Source: Clostridium sp. CAG:217 (GTDB lineage Bacteria; Bacteroidota; Bacteroidia; Bacteroidales; Bacteroidaceae). Taken from it: DNA of 64,000 nucleotides. The notes below the pieces were generated by a model, which searched no databases, was not told the origin of the DNA, and saw only the letters and a list, made by a program, of their open reading frames with translations. Numbering within the stretch: position 1 is the stretch's first letter; each line of letters opens with the position of its first letter. This document shows, piece after piece, positions 37,989 to 48,051 of this stretch. The stretch is taken from positions 3,841-67,840 of the forward strand of contig CAVFNZ010000001.1 of assembly GCA_963624095.1 (NCBI GenBank), written 5' to 3'. The position numbers and the translations under genes were made by a program.

Positions 37989-39650
37989 TTAGATGGCATC
38001 CAAGAATTTCACAATGGCGGCGCGTTCCTCCTTTTTCAGGTTACGGAACTTCTCCACCGTGTAGCGTGCGTCGCTCTCGGAGTTCCCGTGCCACATGATG
38101 GCTTCCATGGTGGTGCGTGCGCGACAATCATGCAGACGATCGGCATAGGAAGATCCCGTACATTTTTGGTGCAGTCCGCGTCCCCACAACGGGGTGGTGC
38201 GGCACCAACCGGTGCGGATATCGTTCTCCATGCAGAGCTTATGCTGCACCATGTCGGTGTAGGGCCAAATCTTTTGATTGGGGAAGCGCGGCAGACGGTC
38301 GTCGTCGTACTTGAAGAATTTGGCGGGGTCGCGTATGATGTCGCTGCCTGTAGTCCATGTCGGTCGGTGGCAATAGTCACATCCTATTTCCGAGAAGAGC
38401 TTCTTGCCCAACTGCACCTCTTCATCGTCCAAATCACGGGCGGCAGGCACGGCCAAACCTCGGTGCCAAACCATGAGGTCAATGAAGTCCTGATCGCTCA
38501 TCTCTGCGTCCAGCGTCGTGGAGGTGAGGTAGTTCTTGATGTTGTCCTCCACATTGTCCGTGTGCCATTCGGGGTGTTTCTTCTCCGGGTCTATCTGTGC
38601 GATATAAGCGGGGAATCCGGCTTGAACCTCCGGGTCTTTCGACGAGTAAGTGGCGTAGGTGCCAGCCGCGTCCAGATAGTGGTAGCGGCGGTCGCTACGT
38701 GTCACGTTGGTGATGTTCCAGATAGCGTTGGCTCCGGCTGCGTCCTGCAACGGTCCGCGGCTCAGTGCGTAGGTGTAGCGCAACGGATAGAGTGTTCCGT
38801 CGCCCTGCTTGCTGTTGCTGTATTGTTTCACCCATTCCCCGTCCTTGAAGATGCTGGGGTTCAGTCCGTGCTTCAGGTAGCCGTCCTTCTCCTCTTGAGC
38901 GTATTGCGCCTTGATGTCGCTGTCTTCAATCGCGTCAATCAGTCCGGTACCATAGATGCCGATGGTGCTTTCGAGCAACACCTTGTAGTTGGCATCCGCT
39001 GCCGGGATTTCATATCCTTGGTTCACCACATAGAGGGCCTCTTTGGGCATCGTCACCTCCGGATAGCGCAGCTGATAGGATTCCCCGTCGGGAAATTTAT
39101 TGCCCCATTCATCGGTGTATTCTTTCCACTCCACCCGAATCTTCGACCCGTCTACCGGAGCCTTGAAAGGTTTGGTGGCGTGCATCTGTGGCATACCGGC
39201 CAACCAGGTGACGTAACCGTTGGTACTCGGATTGAAGACCACTAAAAGATAACCGTTGCCTATTTCGTTGGTCTCGAAAGTGCCTGTAGGGATGCTCTTG
39301 CCGTGGCCGTATCCCGGATGGCAGTGCTGACACGAAGAACGCACATAGGCCGGACCCAGTCCGCTCCGCGTTCCTTCGGTGTTGCTGGTGAATGGTTTCT
39401 CGAACAGAGCCTCGCCGTGCTTGAAGGATTGGTACATGCCCGAGGACTCTATCACCGCTGCCGGCTGTTCATAGGCTGATGACGAGGCGTTGAACGAAGT
39501 TCCCAACTTGCCGCCCGTGTACCAGTCGTCGGCCAGTTCCTTCCCTTTGTCATCATCGTTTTCGCTGTTCCCGTTGTTGTCATCGCTGCACCCCCACAAG
39601 GAGATGAGACCCATGGCTACGGCGGGAATCCAAAGTTTGCTTTTCTTCAT
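37989..39650 (-). CDS. Di-haem oxidoreductase family lipoprotein (DUF1111-like)
   Basis: LWGC lipobox, GLGP...SCQHCH, GCDYCH, RTTPLWG, LHDCRA...AIMWHG. Confidence 0.85.
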   Translation of the reverse strand: MKKSKLWIPAVAMGLISLWGCSDDNNGNSENDDDKGKELADDWYTGGKLGTSFNASSSAYEQPAAVIESSGMYQSFKHGEALFEKPFTSNTEGTRSGLGPAYVRSSCQHCHPGYGHGKSIPTGTFETNEIGNGYLLVVFNPSTNGYVTWLAGMPQMHATKPFKAPVDGSKIRVEWKEYTDEWGNKFPDGESYQLRYPEVTMPKEALYVVNQGYEIPAADANYKVLLESTIGIYGTGLIDAIEDSDIKAQYAQEEKDGYLKHGLNPSIFKDGEWVKQYSNSKQGDGTLYPLRYTYALSRGPLQDAAGANAIWNITNVTRSDRRYHYLDAAGTYATYSSKDPEVQAGFPAYIAQIDPEKKHPEWHTDNVEDNIKNYLTSTTLDAEMSDQDFIDLMVWHRGLAVPAARDLDDEEVQLGKKLFSEIGCDYCHRPTWTTGSDIIRDPAKFFKYDDDRLPRFPNQKIWPYTDMVQHKLCMENDIRTGWCRTTPLWGRGLHQKCTGSSYADRLHDCRARTTMEAIMWHGNSESDARYTVEKFRNLKKEERAAIVKFLDAI

Positions 39651-39676
39651 TGTCGTTTAATGTTTTTAGGGGTCTG

Positions 39677-40801
39677 TTATTTATTAATCAAATCGAGGGC
39701 TTCGTCCAGAGCATCCTTCAGATTGTTGCAGGCATCGATGGCCTCCTGATTCTCTCCGAACGTCAAGTGGTCGCGGAATGGAGACGGCATCGCCTCAATC
39801 TCCCTGATGGCCTCGTCGATGGCTTCGCGGATTTTTGTATCCAGGGCACTGTCCAAATCTTTGATGTAGACACTTAGGGAGTGCTTGCTGATGGTGCCGT
39901 CCAATGTGCCATAGTAAGCGTTGCGTACACTGCGGATGTTGTCGGCGAAGTCGGTGATAGAGTTCCAACTGTACCAGGACTCCACATCGAGCACGTTGCC
40001 CGATGTGCAGGGGTCTGTAATCTTTGTGTTACCCACCTCATCGGAGATGTCGCTCGCACCGGTCAGAATCTCCTCGAAAGCGGACTTCTGTGTCTTGTAT
40101 TTCGAGTTGCCTGCCAGTCCGGCGTTCTCCATCTGCTCGCCATAGTTCAAGGTTGGCTCCATTTCGGCATCTGCCAAAATTTGCTGTTTCTCTCTGGTCA
40201 CGTCGTCCAGTCCGTCCCATGCGGCCTCCAGACGGATGCAGTGGTTGCGCATGTTCTCCGCTACGGCCGTAGCATAGGTCAGCTCCAGGTCTGAGATTTC
40301 GTTCACCGCACGAGCTCCTCCATTGCGGAAGATGACGTATTCAATGGCATGGAAGCCCTTCAGACCATAACCCAGATTGTCCACATCGAGTTTGTAGTTT
40401 GGGTTCTTCATGTTGTCCAACAGGATGTCCAACTGAGACTTTTCCAGTGGCCACGAGTCAATGCTCGGGTCGATGTTGTAGTCCGCTGCCGCACCGAAGA
40501 GGAAAGCCTCGCTCAACTCCCAGTACTTGCGCGCTTTGATCCACTTGTCGCAGGCCGTCTGCACATGGCTCTGGTCTTTGTTGGCTTCCAACGCTTCGCA
40601 GGCATCGTAGAGTTCCATTGAAGCGTCTGCCAAAGACCTGTAGGTGCTTACTACCACGTCCTCTACATAGGTCTCGATAATCTCTTTGTTGTTTTCTTCG
40701 ATGGATTCATCGTTGTCGTCATCGCTGCTGCATGAACTCATCGTACCGCTCACAGCCAACGCGGCCGTGAACATCAGTGCGTACTTAAAAATCTTTTTCA
40801 T
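39677..40801 (-). CDS. Imelysin-like (peptidase M75) iron-regulated lipoprotein
   Basis: MSSC-SSDDD lipobox, WELSEAFLFG, IDSWP, GFHAIE (GxHxxE), EVGNTKI. Confidence 0.88.
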   Translation of the reverse strand: MKKIFKYALMFTAALAVSGTMSSCSSDDDNDESIEENNKEIIETYVEDVVVSTYRSLADASMELYDACEALEANKDQSHVQTACDKWIKARKYWELSEAFLFGAAADYNIDPSIDSWPLEKSQLDILLDNMKNPNYKLDVDNLGYGLKGFHAIEYVIFRNGGARAVNEISDLELTYATAVAENMRNHCIRLEAAWDGLDDVTREKQQILADAEMEPTLNYGEQMENAGLAGNSKYKTQKSAFEEILTGASDISDEVGNTKITDPCTSGNVLDVESWYSWNSITDFADNIRSVRNAYYGTLDGTISKHSLSVYIKDLDSALDTKIREAIDEAIREIEAMPSPFRDHLTFGENQEAIDACNNLKDALDEALDLINK

Positions 40802-40847
40802 CGTTATTTATGCGTTAGTTATTATGTTATACCTATTGATTAACTGG

Positions 40848-42260
40848 TTACATGTCGAAGAAGCCTGAGTAGGCCACTCCCACGCTCAGCGTGTTTTCGT
40901 TGTTGTATTGACTCTTGAATATGCGGTGTGAATACTCCGCCTTGATGACGATGCCTTTCATCGGCATGAAGTTGATGCCTCCGGCAACGCGTTGGCGACC
41001 CCAACACTCGTTGTCGATGATGCTGCCTTCGGTTTTGTACATTGAATCGTAGTAGTCGTAGCGTCCGAAAACATAGCATTTCTTCCCTGTGCCGCGCGTC
41101 TTCTCCATCTGTGAGAAGATGTCGTATCCTGCCTCCACACCAACGGCGATGGCATCCGAACCGACATTCGTCTTGGGCGATGGTGAATCCTTGCGCGAGC
41201 TGATGTTCGCTTTAGATATCTTTTCAGAGTCCGTCAGGTGACCATAGTCCACGTTGCCGCGTACCACCCAATTGTGTGCGTCGTAATGGAAGTCGAAAGC
41301 CCCCAGTGTCACCGTGCCGTTTAATCCTTTGTAGCTGTCCGGTTTCATGCTGTTGGAGGCTGAGTTGCCTATGTAGCCGCTTAAGCCCAGACGCAATCCG
41401 GGAATCGAGTAGTTGTCGATGCGGAAGGCTCCGGCGTAGGCTGTCGCTATCTTGAACTCGTAGGGACTTCCCGCTCCGCCCTTTATCCAGTCTTTTGCTC
41501 CGAAGCGGTCGGCATCCAGTCCGGCGAGGAACTGCGCCTCGTAGCGCCATTTGCCCACGTTACCCCAAAGGCTGATACCCGTTTCGTGCCAGGTGCAAGG
41601 CATGATGGAACTCTCCCCTTCGGGACGGTATACGGTGAAGAATTCCGTTGGCATGTGATGCTGATTGGTCAATCCCACCGGTACAATGATGTGTCCCATA
41701 CGAAGGTTCAATGCCGGGCTGAATGACTTTTGAATCCAGAACTGCTCCAGTGCCACTTCGCCACCGCGCTCTATCTCACTCTCGTACTCTCCGGTCTCCT
41801 CCTCCTCAATCTCGATGGCGGATTCCGTACCTCCGTGCTCAAACTCTATCTCACTGCCCATGGTCCAACCTTTGCCGAAGTCGTAACCCACGAAGAAAAC
41901 CACATGTGGCAGGTCGAACTGTCCGTAGCCTTTGTCGTCCTTATATTTTGACGCGTCCGTATATCGTTTGTAGTTGTTGCTATAGAACATGCGGCTCATC
42001 ACGGCCTCGCCATATCCGCCTAATGTCAACCTCGATTTCTTGCGCGGCGCCTCCCGTTGTTGCGGTATGGCCTCGGTATCTGCCGCCTCCAGTGTCAAAT
42101 TGTTGTTTGTCTCCTTGCCCACCGTCATCGTTTGTCGATCAGTGTTCTTCTCTACCTTTTCCGTTGAGGTTTCTTGTGTGGTACTGTCTGTCACAGCGTA
42201 AGCAGGCACTGCCATCAGTGCTGTCAGACAACCCGAAACCATCCATAGCTTTGCTCTCAT
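40848..42260 (-). CDS. Outer-membrane beta-barrel / porin-like protein
   Basis: Signal peptide, LGGYGE, SEIEFEHGG, GEVALEQ, acidic loop EIEEEETGEYESE, C-terminal VAYSGFF. Confidence 0.75.
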   Translation of the reverse strand: MRAKLWMVSGCLTALMAVPAYAVTDSTTQETSTEKVEKNTDRQTMTVGKETNNNLTLEAADTEAIPQQREAPRKKSRLTLGGYGEAVMSRMFYSNNYKRYTDASKYKDDKGYGQFDLPHVVFFVGYDFGKGWTMGSEIEFEHGGTESAIEIEEEETGEYESEIERGGEVALEQFWIQKSFSPALNLRMGHIIVPVGLTNQHHMPTEFFTVYRPEGESSIMPCTWHETGISLWGNVGKWRYEAQFLAGLDADRFGAKDWIKGGAGSPYEFKIATAYAGAFRIDNYSIPGLRLGLSGYIGNSASNSMKPDSYKGLNGTVTLGAFDFHYDAHNWVVRGNVDYGHLTDSEKISKANISSRKDSPSPKTNVGSDAIAVGVEAGYDIFSQMEKTRGTGKKCYVFGRYDYYDSMYKTEGSIIDNECWGRQRVAGGINFMPMKGIVIKAEYSHRIFKSQYNNENTLSVGVAYSGFFDM

Positions 42261-42270
42261 TTTGCACTAA

Positions 42271-42304
42271 TTATTTTTATTATTTCTAAATTGATGCAAA
42301 GGTA
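42271..42304 (-). promoter_or_regulatory. Promoter (-7 TACCTTTG) followed by a Fur-box-like operator
   Basis: The minus strand reads TACCTTTGCATCA-ATTTAGAAATAATAAAAATAA; the AT-rich dyad lies between the promoter and the ATG. Confidence 0.6.
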
Positions 42305-42513
42305 AGCTGTTCCGTTTTCACGTTACAATACCATTAAATCGGTATATTTCTGCCCAATAGCATGCTTTCAGGGCATCTTTGGTTCTCATACAGGCAAGCA
42401 GCCTTCCCTCAACGGGAGTTGTTAAACGATTGGGAAATAATGTAATAGAACTGCAACGTAGCCTACTAACGGGTGATACCTATAGGTTGGTATCGTTCTA
42501 ACCCGGTTAAACG

Positions 42514-42551
42514 AAGAGCGTGTGCGACTATTTTATATCGCACACGCTCTT
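42514..42551 (-). terminator. Terminator at the end of the glycosidase operon
   Basis: Perfect 14-bp stem AAGAGCGTGTGCGA / TCGCACACGCTCTT. Confidence 0.8.
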
Positions 42552-42580
42552 TGCAAAACAGATAAGGATGTTCGCGTAAG

Positions 42581-45500
42581 TCAATAAGACTTCTCTGTCA
42601 TGGCGGTGGGGTCGATGCACATGTATTTCACACGCTGACGACGCCAGGTGTAGACTACATGGAGTTTGCCGTCCCGACCTTGGATGACGCTTGGATAAGA
42701 GTATTGGCTGATGGGGCTGTCCTCCAGTGTGAGAAGGTGATGCCAGTGGATGCCATCGTTCGACACGGCAAGGCTGAGCGGTGTGCGTGAGCCTTTGGGT
42801 GTGCCGGGTAGCGTCTCGAAATTGTTGTAGACCAACACATGGCGACCATCCTTCAGCGTGACGGCATCAGTGCCGGAGTTGTTGTTCTCCACATCGAGCA
42901 GCGTCACTTTGCTCCACGTCTCGCCGCGGTCGTTGCTCCAACTGGTGGCGAGCTTGGCGTTGCGTGTGCGGCAAACCACTTGCAGGCGACCATCGCTGTG
43001 GCGCAGGATGCTGGGTTGGATGGCGTAGATAGGTTGTGCCCCCTTGCCTTTGATGGCTTCGCCACCCTCCATGTCGTCCTGTGCGGCAGCGCCGGCTTTA
43101 CGCAGTTGGGTGGGTACGCTCAGTTCCGCCTCCACGGGACCCACCTTACGCCAGGTCTTCCCGTAGTCGTCGGACAACTCGAAGTGGATGCGCCAACCCT
43201 TGCCTTCGGTACTGCTGGGACAGATGATGCGTCCGTCCACATACTCAGGTTTGTTCTTTACGGGACCTAAGAACCCTTCGGGCAGAGGTTCCTTGGCACT
43301 CCACGTCTTGCCGCCGTCCTTGGAGCGGACTAACCATCCGCTCCAGTCGCCTACGTTAGTACCTATTTTGTAGAAGAGCAGCAATTCCTTCTTGCCGGGA
43401 ATCTGGTAGAGCACGGGATTCCAGCATGCTTTGCGGTAGGCTTGGTCAGTCTTGCCCTTGAAGGTAACCGCCACAGGCCCTGCAGAGGCGGGAGTGCTCT
43501 TCTCCGTAATGCCGGCTCGTGCAGCGTTGGGGTCGGTGAGGCTGAACACACCATCCGCAGCCAGATAGGGAGCACTCCATTGTGTCTCTCCTTTCGGCTT
43601 GCGGCACACCCAGATGCAGCAGTTGGGATTGCGTTCCTTGGTACCTCCGAAGAAGGCGGAGACAAGGTCGCCGTTCTTCAGTTCCACGATGGTGGCTCCG
43701 TGGCATTCGGGGAATGAGGCATGCTCGTAGAGAAACTGGTCGGTGAGGATGCCTTGACGGTCTTTGCCCAAGGCGGGGTTGAGGGGAACTGTCAGATGAT
43801 AATGGCCGGAGGGTATACGCCATACGGTGGAGTTCCCTTCGGTACGCACCAGTGTGATACCATCCTGACGGATGGCACGGGTGTCGGTGGTCGGCAGGTA
43901 GACGAGTGCCGTAGTGTTGCAAGGCACGGTGATGTCCCATTCCAGTGTGACGAGGTCTTTGCGCCAGTGGCTCTCCACGGTACCATAGAGGGTGTTGTAG
44001 GAGGCCTTCACATAGCTCAATTCCTGGATGGAGAAGTCGGGCTTGAGCAGTATCTCCTTGTAACCCGGTTGTGCGGGGTTGAAGCCAGCCAGGTCGCGGT
44101 AGTACCAGGAGATGAGGTCTCCAAGGATCATCACGTGGTTGCAGCTGTTCATCTTACGGCTTGCCGTGTCACCATTCCACAGTTCCCAAATGGCGGTAGC
44201 ACCTTTCTGTATCATGTAGCCGTAGCTGGGGTAGGAGGTGTTGCTGGCCAGCAGGTAGGCGATGTCACCTCTGCCGATACGGGTGAGCTCACGGAAAAGC
44301 CAGTTGACACCTATCACGCCACAGCTGATGTGGGCGTTGTTGGTGGTGATGATGGTACGTACCAAGTTGCTACGCACCGCTTCGCGGTATTCATCGGGCA
44401 CCATGTCGAACGCCAGGGGCAGAATGTTGGAGGTGACGGTATTGTTGCCGTAGAACACGCTGTCCGGATAGAGAATGTGTGGCGTCTTCACGGGAGAAGT
44501 GCCCCGTTTGACCGTGAGGAAGACGGAATTGAACCGTTCCTTCATGGTGGAAGCCTCTTGTTCGTAGAAGTCGGCATCCGCCTGTAGTCCTTGCAGACGG
44601 GCAAAGTCCGCCATCATCTTCGATATCTTGTAATAATAGGCGGTGCTGATGAGCGACCCGTTGGTGAGGCGGGCGGGATCGGCACTGTGGATGAGCTCGG
44701 GTTTCTCGGGCGGCATGCACCAATCACCATACTTGTCGGCATTGATGACTCCGTCCTTTGTCGTGTAACCGTTGCGGATGGCTGCGAGCCATTTCTTGAT
44801 GGCCGGATAGCCGCGGCGGATAGGTTCGATGTCGCCCTGTTGGCGGTAAAGCATGTCGCAGATGACGGGAAATGACGAAGCCCACGTCATGGCAGGCGTG
44901 AAGTAGTTGTAGAAGGCGGGACAGATGTCCGGAATGATGCCGTCCTCTCGCTGTGCTTCGCGCATATCGTCAGTCCACTTGGCATACATGGTGCCGTTGT
45001 CGAACATGAAGTTTTCGCCCCAGGTGCCTACGCAGTGGTCGCCCAGCCAGGGCTGACGCTCGTCGCGTTGTGGGCAGTCCAAAGGCACACCCTTGTAGTT
45101 GCTCGACACACCCCACCAGGCGTTGCGGTAAACTTGGTTCATTACCGTGCTGCTGCACTCGAACGACCCGTTGTTCCCGAATCCGTCGTAGACCACTTCG
45201 GCGGTGAGGTCATCGGCGGTGAGGCCGGGATAACCGGTCACTTCAACGTATTGGAATCCGTGGTACGAGAAGCGTGCCGCCCATGTGAGTCCTTGCTCCT
45301 TGCCGTTGCAGACGTAGTAGTCCGTGCTGAGGCTACTGCGCAGATTCTCCACATCGAGTTCCGCCCCGTCGTTCTTCACCCGCTCAGCGTAACGGATACG
45401 GATGGTGTCACCGACATTGGCTTTAGGCAGACGGATGCGTACGAAGCCGGCGGTATTCTGACCGAAGTCCACCATGTAACGCCCGTCGTAAGGCTTGAAA

Positions 45501-46558
45501 GAGGTGGGTTTCAGTGTCTGCATCACCTTCATGTTGGGGGCGGTGTTGCCACGCAAGGTACCATAGGGAAGGCTGACGCGTTGCGCTGCCACCCAACGGG
45601 AATCATCGTAGTTGGGGAGAGTCCAGTCACCCAACTCCATGCGGGCATCGTAGATTTCCCCATCGTATTCGTTATTGCTACGGATGGGACCTTGGGCGGT
45701 GAGCTTCCAGGTTGTATCGCTGCTGACACGTTGCGTGGCTCCGTTCTCATACTCGATAATCAGGTTGAGACGTAGCTTGGGATATCCGAAATTGGCAATC
45801 TTGTAGGGTTTGTAGTTCTGCCGCATGGTGTAGTAGCGGCCATTGCCCAGGGTGACACCAATCGCATTGGCATCGGCTGAGCCACGGAGTTGTGAGGTGA
45901 CATCGAACGAGTTGTAGAGGCAAGTGCGTCGGTAGTCGCTCGTGGCGGGAGCCAACTGTTGGTCTCCGATACGCTGACCATTGATGAATAGCTCGTACAT
46001 GCCCAGTCCACAGATATGCAGCGTGGCCCGTTTGATGGACTGTTTTTGGGTGGTGAACTCCTTGCGCAGATAGCGGGCACTGAGGCGGCTGTGCGCATCC
46101 TCCTTATCCCACTCGAAGGCACCGTCCCATCCAATCCATTGACCGCGCCATTGTAGTTCGCCCATCATGCCCATGCCCCATTGCGAGGGTTCGCTCCACG
46201 GCGAGTCTCCCCGCGTGGTGGAGACCTTCACCTTCCAGTAGCACCGTTGGTTGGCCTTCAGAGCCGGACCTTGGTAGGGAACCCATGCGGACTGGTCGGA
46301 CTCCACCATACCGGAGTCCCACACGTCACCTTCGCCGGCAGCGAGTTTCTCGGGAGATGACGCTACCAGAATATGGTAAGCCGTTTGCATCACCCCATTC
46401 TCATCGGAAGTGATGATCCAGCTGAGCCGGGGCTGCGTGCGCTCTACGTTGAGCGGAGCCTCCAGCCGTTCGGTAAGCAGATGGCCGACGTTCACCGTCG
46501 CCTGCAATGCAGCGGCGATGAGGAACGTCAGCAGGAATAAACTGATTCGTTGTTTCAT
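42581..46558 (-). CDS. Bimodular GH78 alpha-L-rhamnosidase plus GH33/BNR sialidase-like domain
   Basis: DCPQRDERQPWLGD, GATAIWELWN, NHVM; C-terminal Asp-boxes SKDGGKTW, SDDYGKTW, SNDRGETW and YSYPS. Confidence 0.88.
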   Translation of the reverse strand: MKQRISLFLLTFLIAAALQATVNVGHLLTERLEAPLNVERTQPRLSWIITSDENGVMQTAYHILVASSPEKLAAGEGDVWDSGMVESDQSAWVPYQGPALKANQRCYWKVKVSTTRGDSPWSEPSQWGMGMMGELQWRGQWIGWDGAFEWDKEDAHSRLSARYLRKEFTTQKQSIKRATLHICGLGMYELFINGQRIGDQQLAPATSDYRRTCLYNSFDVTSQLRGSADANAIGVTLGNGRYYTMRQNYKPYKIANFGYPKLRLNLIIEYENGATQRVSSDTTWKLTAQGPIRSNNEYDGEIYDARMELGDWTLPNYDDSRWVAAQRVSLPYGTLRGNTAPNMKVMQTLKPTSFKPYDGRYMVDFGQNTAGFVRIRLPKANVGDTIRIRYAERVKNDGAELDVENLRSSLSTDYYVCNGKEQGLTWAARFSYHGFQYVEVTGYPGLTADDLTAEVVYDGFGNNGSFECSSTVMNQVYRNAWWGVSSNYKGVPLDCPQRDERQPWLGDHCVGTWGENFMFDNGTMYAKWTDDMREAQREDGIIPDICPAFYNYFTPAMTWASSFPVICDMLYRQQGDIEPIRRGYPAIKKWLAAIRNGYTTKDGVINADKYGDWCMPPEKPELIHSADPARLTNGSLISTAYYYKISKMMADFARLQGLQADADFYEQEASTMKERFNSVFLTVKRGTSPVKTPHILYPDSVFYGNNTVTSNILPLAFDMVPDEYREAVRSNLVRTIITTNNAHISCGVIGVNWLFRELTRIGRGDIAYLLASNTSYPSYGYMIQKGATAIWELWNGDTASRKMNSCNHVMILGDLISWYYRDLAGFNPAQPGYKEILLKPDFSIQELSYVKASYNTLYGTVESHWRKDLVTLEWDITVPCNTTALVYLPTTDTRAIRQDGITLVRTEGNSTVWRIPSGHYHLTVPLNPALGKDRQGILTDQFLYEHASFPECHGATIVELKNGDLVSAFFGGTKERNPNCCIWVCRKPKGETQWSAPYLAADGVFSLTDPNAARAGITEKSTPASAGPVAVTFKGKTDQAYRKACWNPVLYQIPGKKELLLFYKIGTNVGDWSGWLVRSKDGGKTWSAKEPLPEGFLGPVKNKPEYVDGRIICPSSTEGKGWRIHFELSDDYGKTWRKVGPVEAELSVPTQLRKAGAAAQDDMEGGEAIKGKGAQPIYAIQPSILRHSDGRLQVVCRTRNAKLATSWSNDRGETWSKVTLLDVENNNSGTDAVTLKDGRHVLVYNNFETLPGTPKGSRTPLSLAVSNDGIHWHHLLTLEDSPISQYSYPSVIQGRDGKLHVVYTWRRQRVKYMCIDPTAMTEKSY

Positions 46559-46561
46559 TTG

Positions 46562-47989
46562 TTAGTATTTCGTAGGAATAGAGGTCTGTTCCTTGGTGAT
46601 GTAATTCTTTGAAGAATCCACCGCGATGAGGACGCGGTCGTTGCCGGCTCCGGAGGCACCATCGAAATGGAATGGCAGCACCTGACTGTCGAATTCACCT
46701 ACATATTGTAAGGAGCCGTCGGTGACGCTATACCACCACACGTTCTTCTTGGCACCGGAAACCTTGCTCAGGTCCAGCTTCATGGGACGGTTGGTGTAGT
46801 TGTAGACCAACAGATAGTCTGTGCCGCGTGTGGCGATGACACGTTCGTAGCGAGTGCCATTCTCATCGGCAATGATGCTCTGGTCGGGAACACGCTCGAA
46901 GAAGGGGAACGAGAGCATCAGGTTCTTCAGGTATTTCATCTGGTTGAATCCCGGGTCTTTCATTCCGTCGTACCAAGTCTTTACCGCTCCGTATCCACCA
47001 TCGTTAGCCACTTTCAGCATCTGCATGATGGAGTTGTGGCCGTAGGTGTGTCCGAACGAACCGGCGAACACCGACCAATAAGCGTAACGGCGTACGTCCG
47101 GAGCTTGCCAGCGCGGTTGTTTGGGGTCGTGCAATCCCTGTGGGATATCCTCGTAACTGGGTTCCGCGTCAAGGATTGGTTTGGCCGGTGTCATGGCCAG
47201 TCCTGCCTCCACATAGCGCCAATTATCTTCGGCTACGGCGGCCTCCGCTTTGTCGTCTCCGTCGCCCTTCACCTGGTCGTAACGGCGGTGTCCGCTTTGG
47301 AACATGTTGAAGTCGAGCCAATCAGCGTTGTGGAACCAGTAGATGGAGGATGTGCGTCCAAAGGGGTGGTAAGTCATCAGGTGGTTCTTGTCGATGCCCT
47401 TGATAGTGCGTGCCAAGGTGTTCCACTGGTCGGGATTGATGTCACCGCGCACGTCCCCACCCATAATCCAAATGATGTTGGGAGAGTTCTTGTAACGCTC
47501 GGCGAGGAACTTACCATATGCTTCGGCATCCTTGACGCTCATGAGACCCTGTTTCACCAGTCCGCCCCAGATGCAGACCATGCCGATGTAGATTCCGTTC
47601 TGCTCAGCCTTCTGGATGATGTAGTCCATGTGGTCCCAGTAACCATAGACTCCTTTCTTGTTGATGTCCTTGAAGTTGAACCCGTCAGGATGCGACAACT
47701 GTCCGTAGTGGTTGATGGCAGGAACACCGTTTATGACTTGAATCTGCACCACATTGTAGCCCGCCTGCCGGCAATGGCTCAAGTAGTAGCTCGCCTCGTT
47801 GCGGTCGAGTCGCTCGGGCAAGAGCCATCCGGTTTCGCCCAACCAAAAGAAAGGTGTACCATTCTCGTGTTGCAGGTAACGTCCGTTGTCGGACACTTTC
47901 AGTTTCCCGTTTTTCCAGGGCACGCTTTGCGCGTTGAGGCTGCTTGCCAACAGTAGGCAGAGCAGAGATAAGAGTGTAATTTTCTTCAT
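46562..47989 (-). CDS. GH140 (DUF4038) apiosidase-like glycoside hydrolase
   Basis: PFFWLGETGW, NIIWIMGGD, LMTYHP, WLDFNMFQSGH, DAEPSYE, GHTYG. Confidence 0.82.
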   Translation of the reverse strand: MKKITLLSLLCLLLASSLNAQSVPWKNGKLKVSDNGRYLQHENGTPFFWLGETGWLLPERLDRNEASYYLSHCRQAGYNVVQIQVINGVPAINHYGQLSHPDGFNFKDINKKGVYGYWDHMDYIIQKAEQNGIYIGMVCIWGGLVKQGLMSVKDAEAYGKFLAERYKNSPNIIWIMGGDVRGDINPDQWNTLARTIKGIDKNHLMTYHPFGRTSSIYWFHNADWLDFNMFQSGHRRYDQVKGDGDDKAEAAVAEDNWRYVEAGLAMTPAKPILDAEPSYEDIPQGLHDPKQPRWQAPDVRRYAYWSVFAGSFGHTYGHNSIMQMLKVANDGGYGAVKTWYDGMKDPGFNQMKYLKNLMLSFPFFERVPDQSIIADENGTRYERVIATRGTDYLLVYNYTNRPMKLDLSKVSGAKKNVWWYSVTDGSLQYVGEFDSQVLPFHFDGASGAGNDRVLIAVDSSKNYITKEQTSIPTKY

Positions 47990-48051
47990 TTCAATTATTT
48001 GGTTTGTTATTTGTATCTCTGTTTATTGTCGTCAATCTATGAGTCTGAGTG

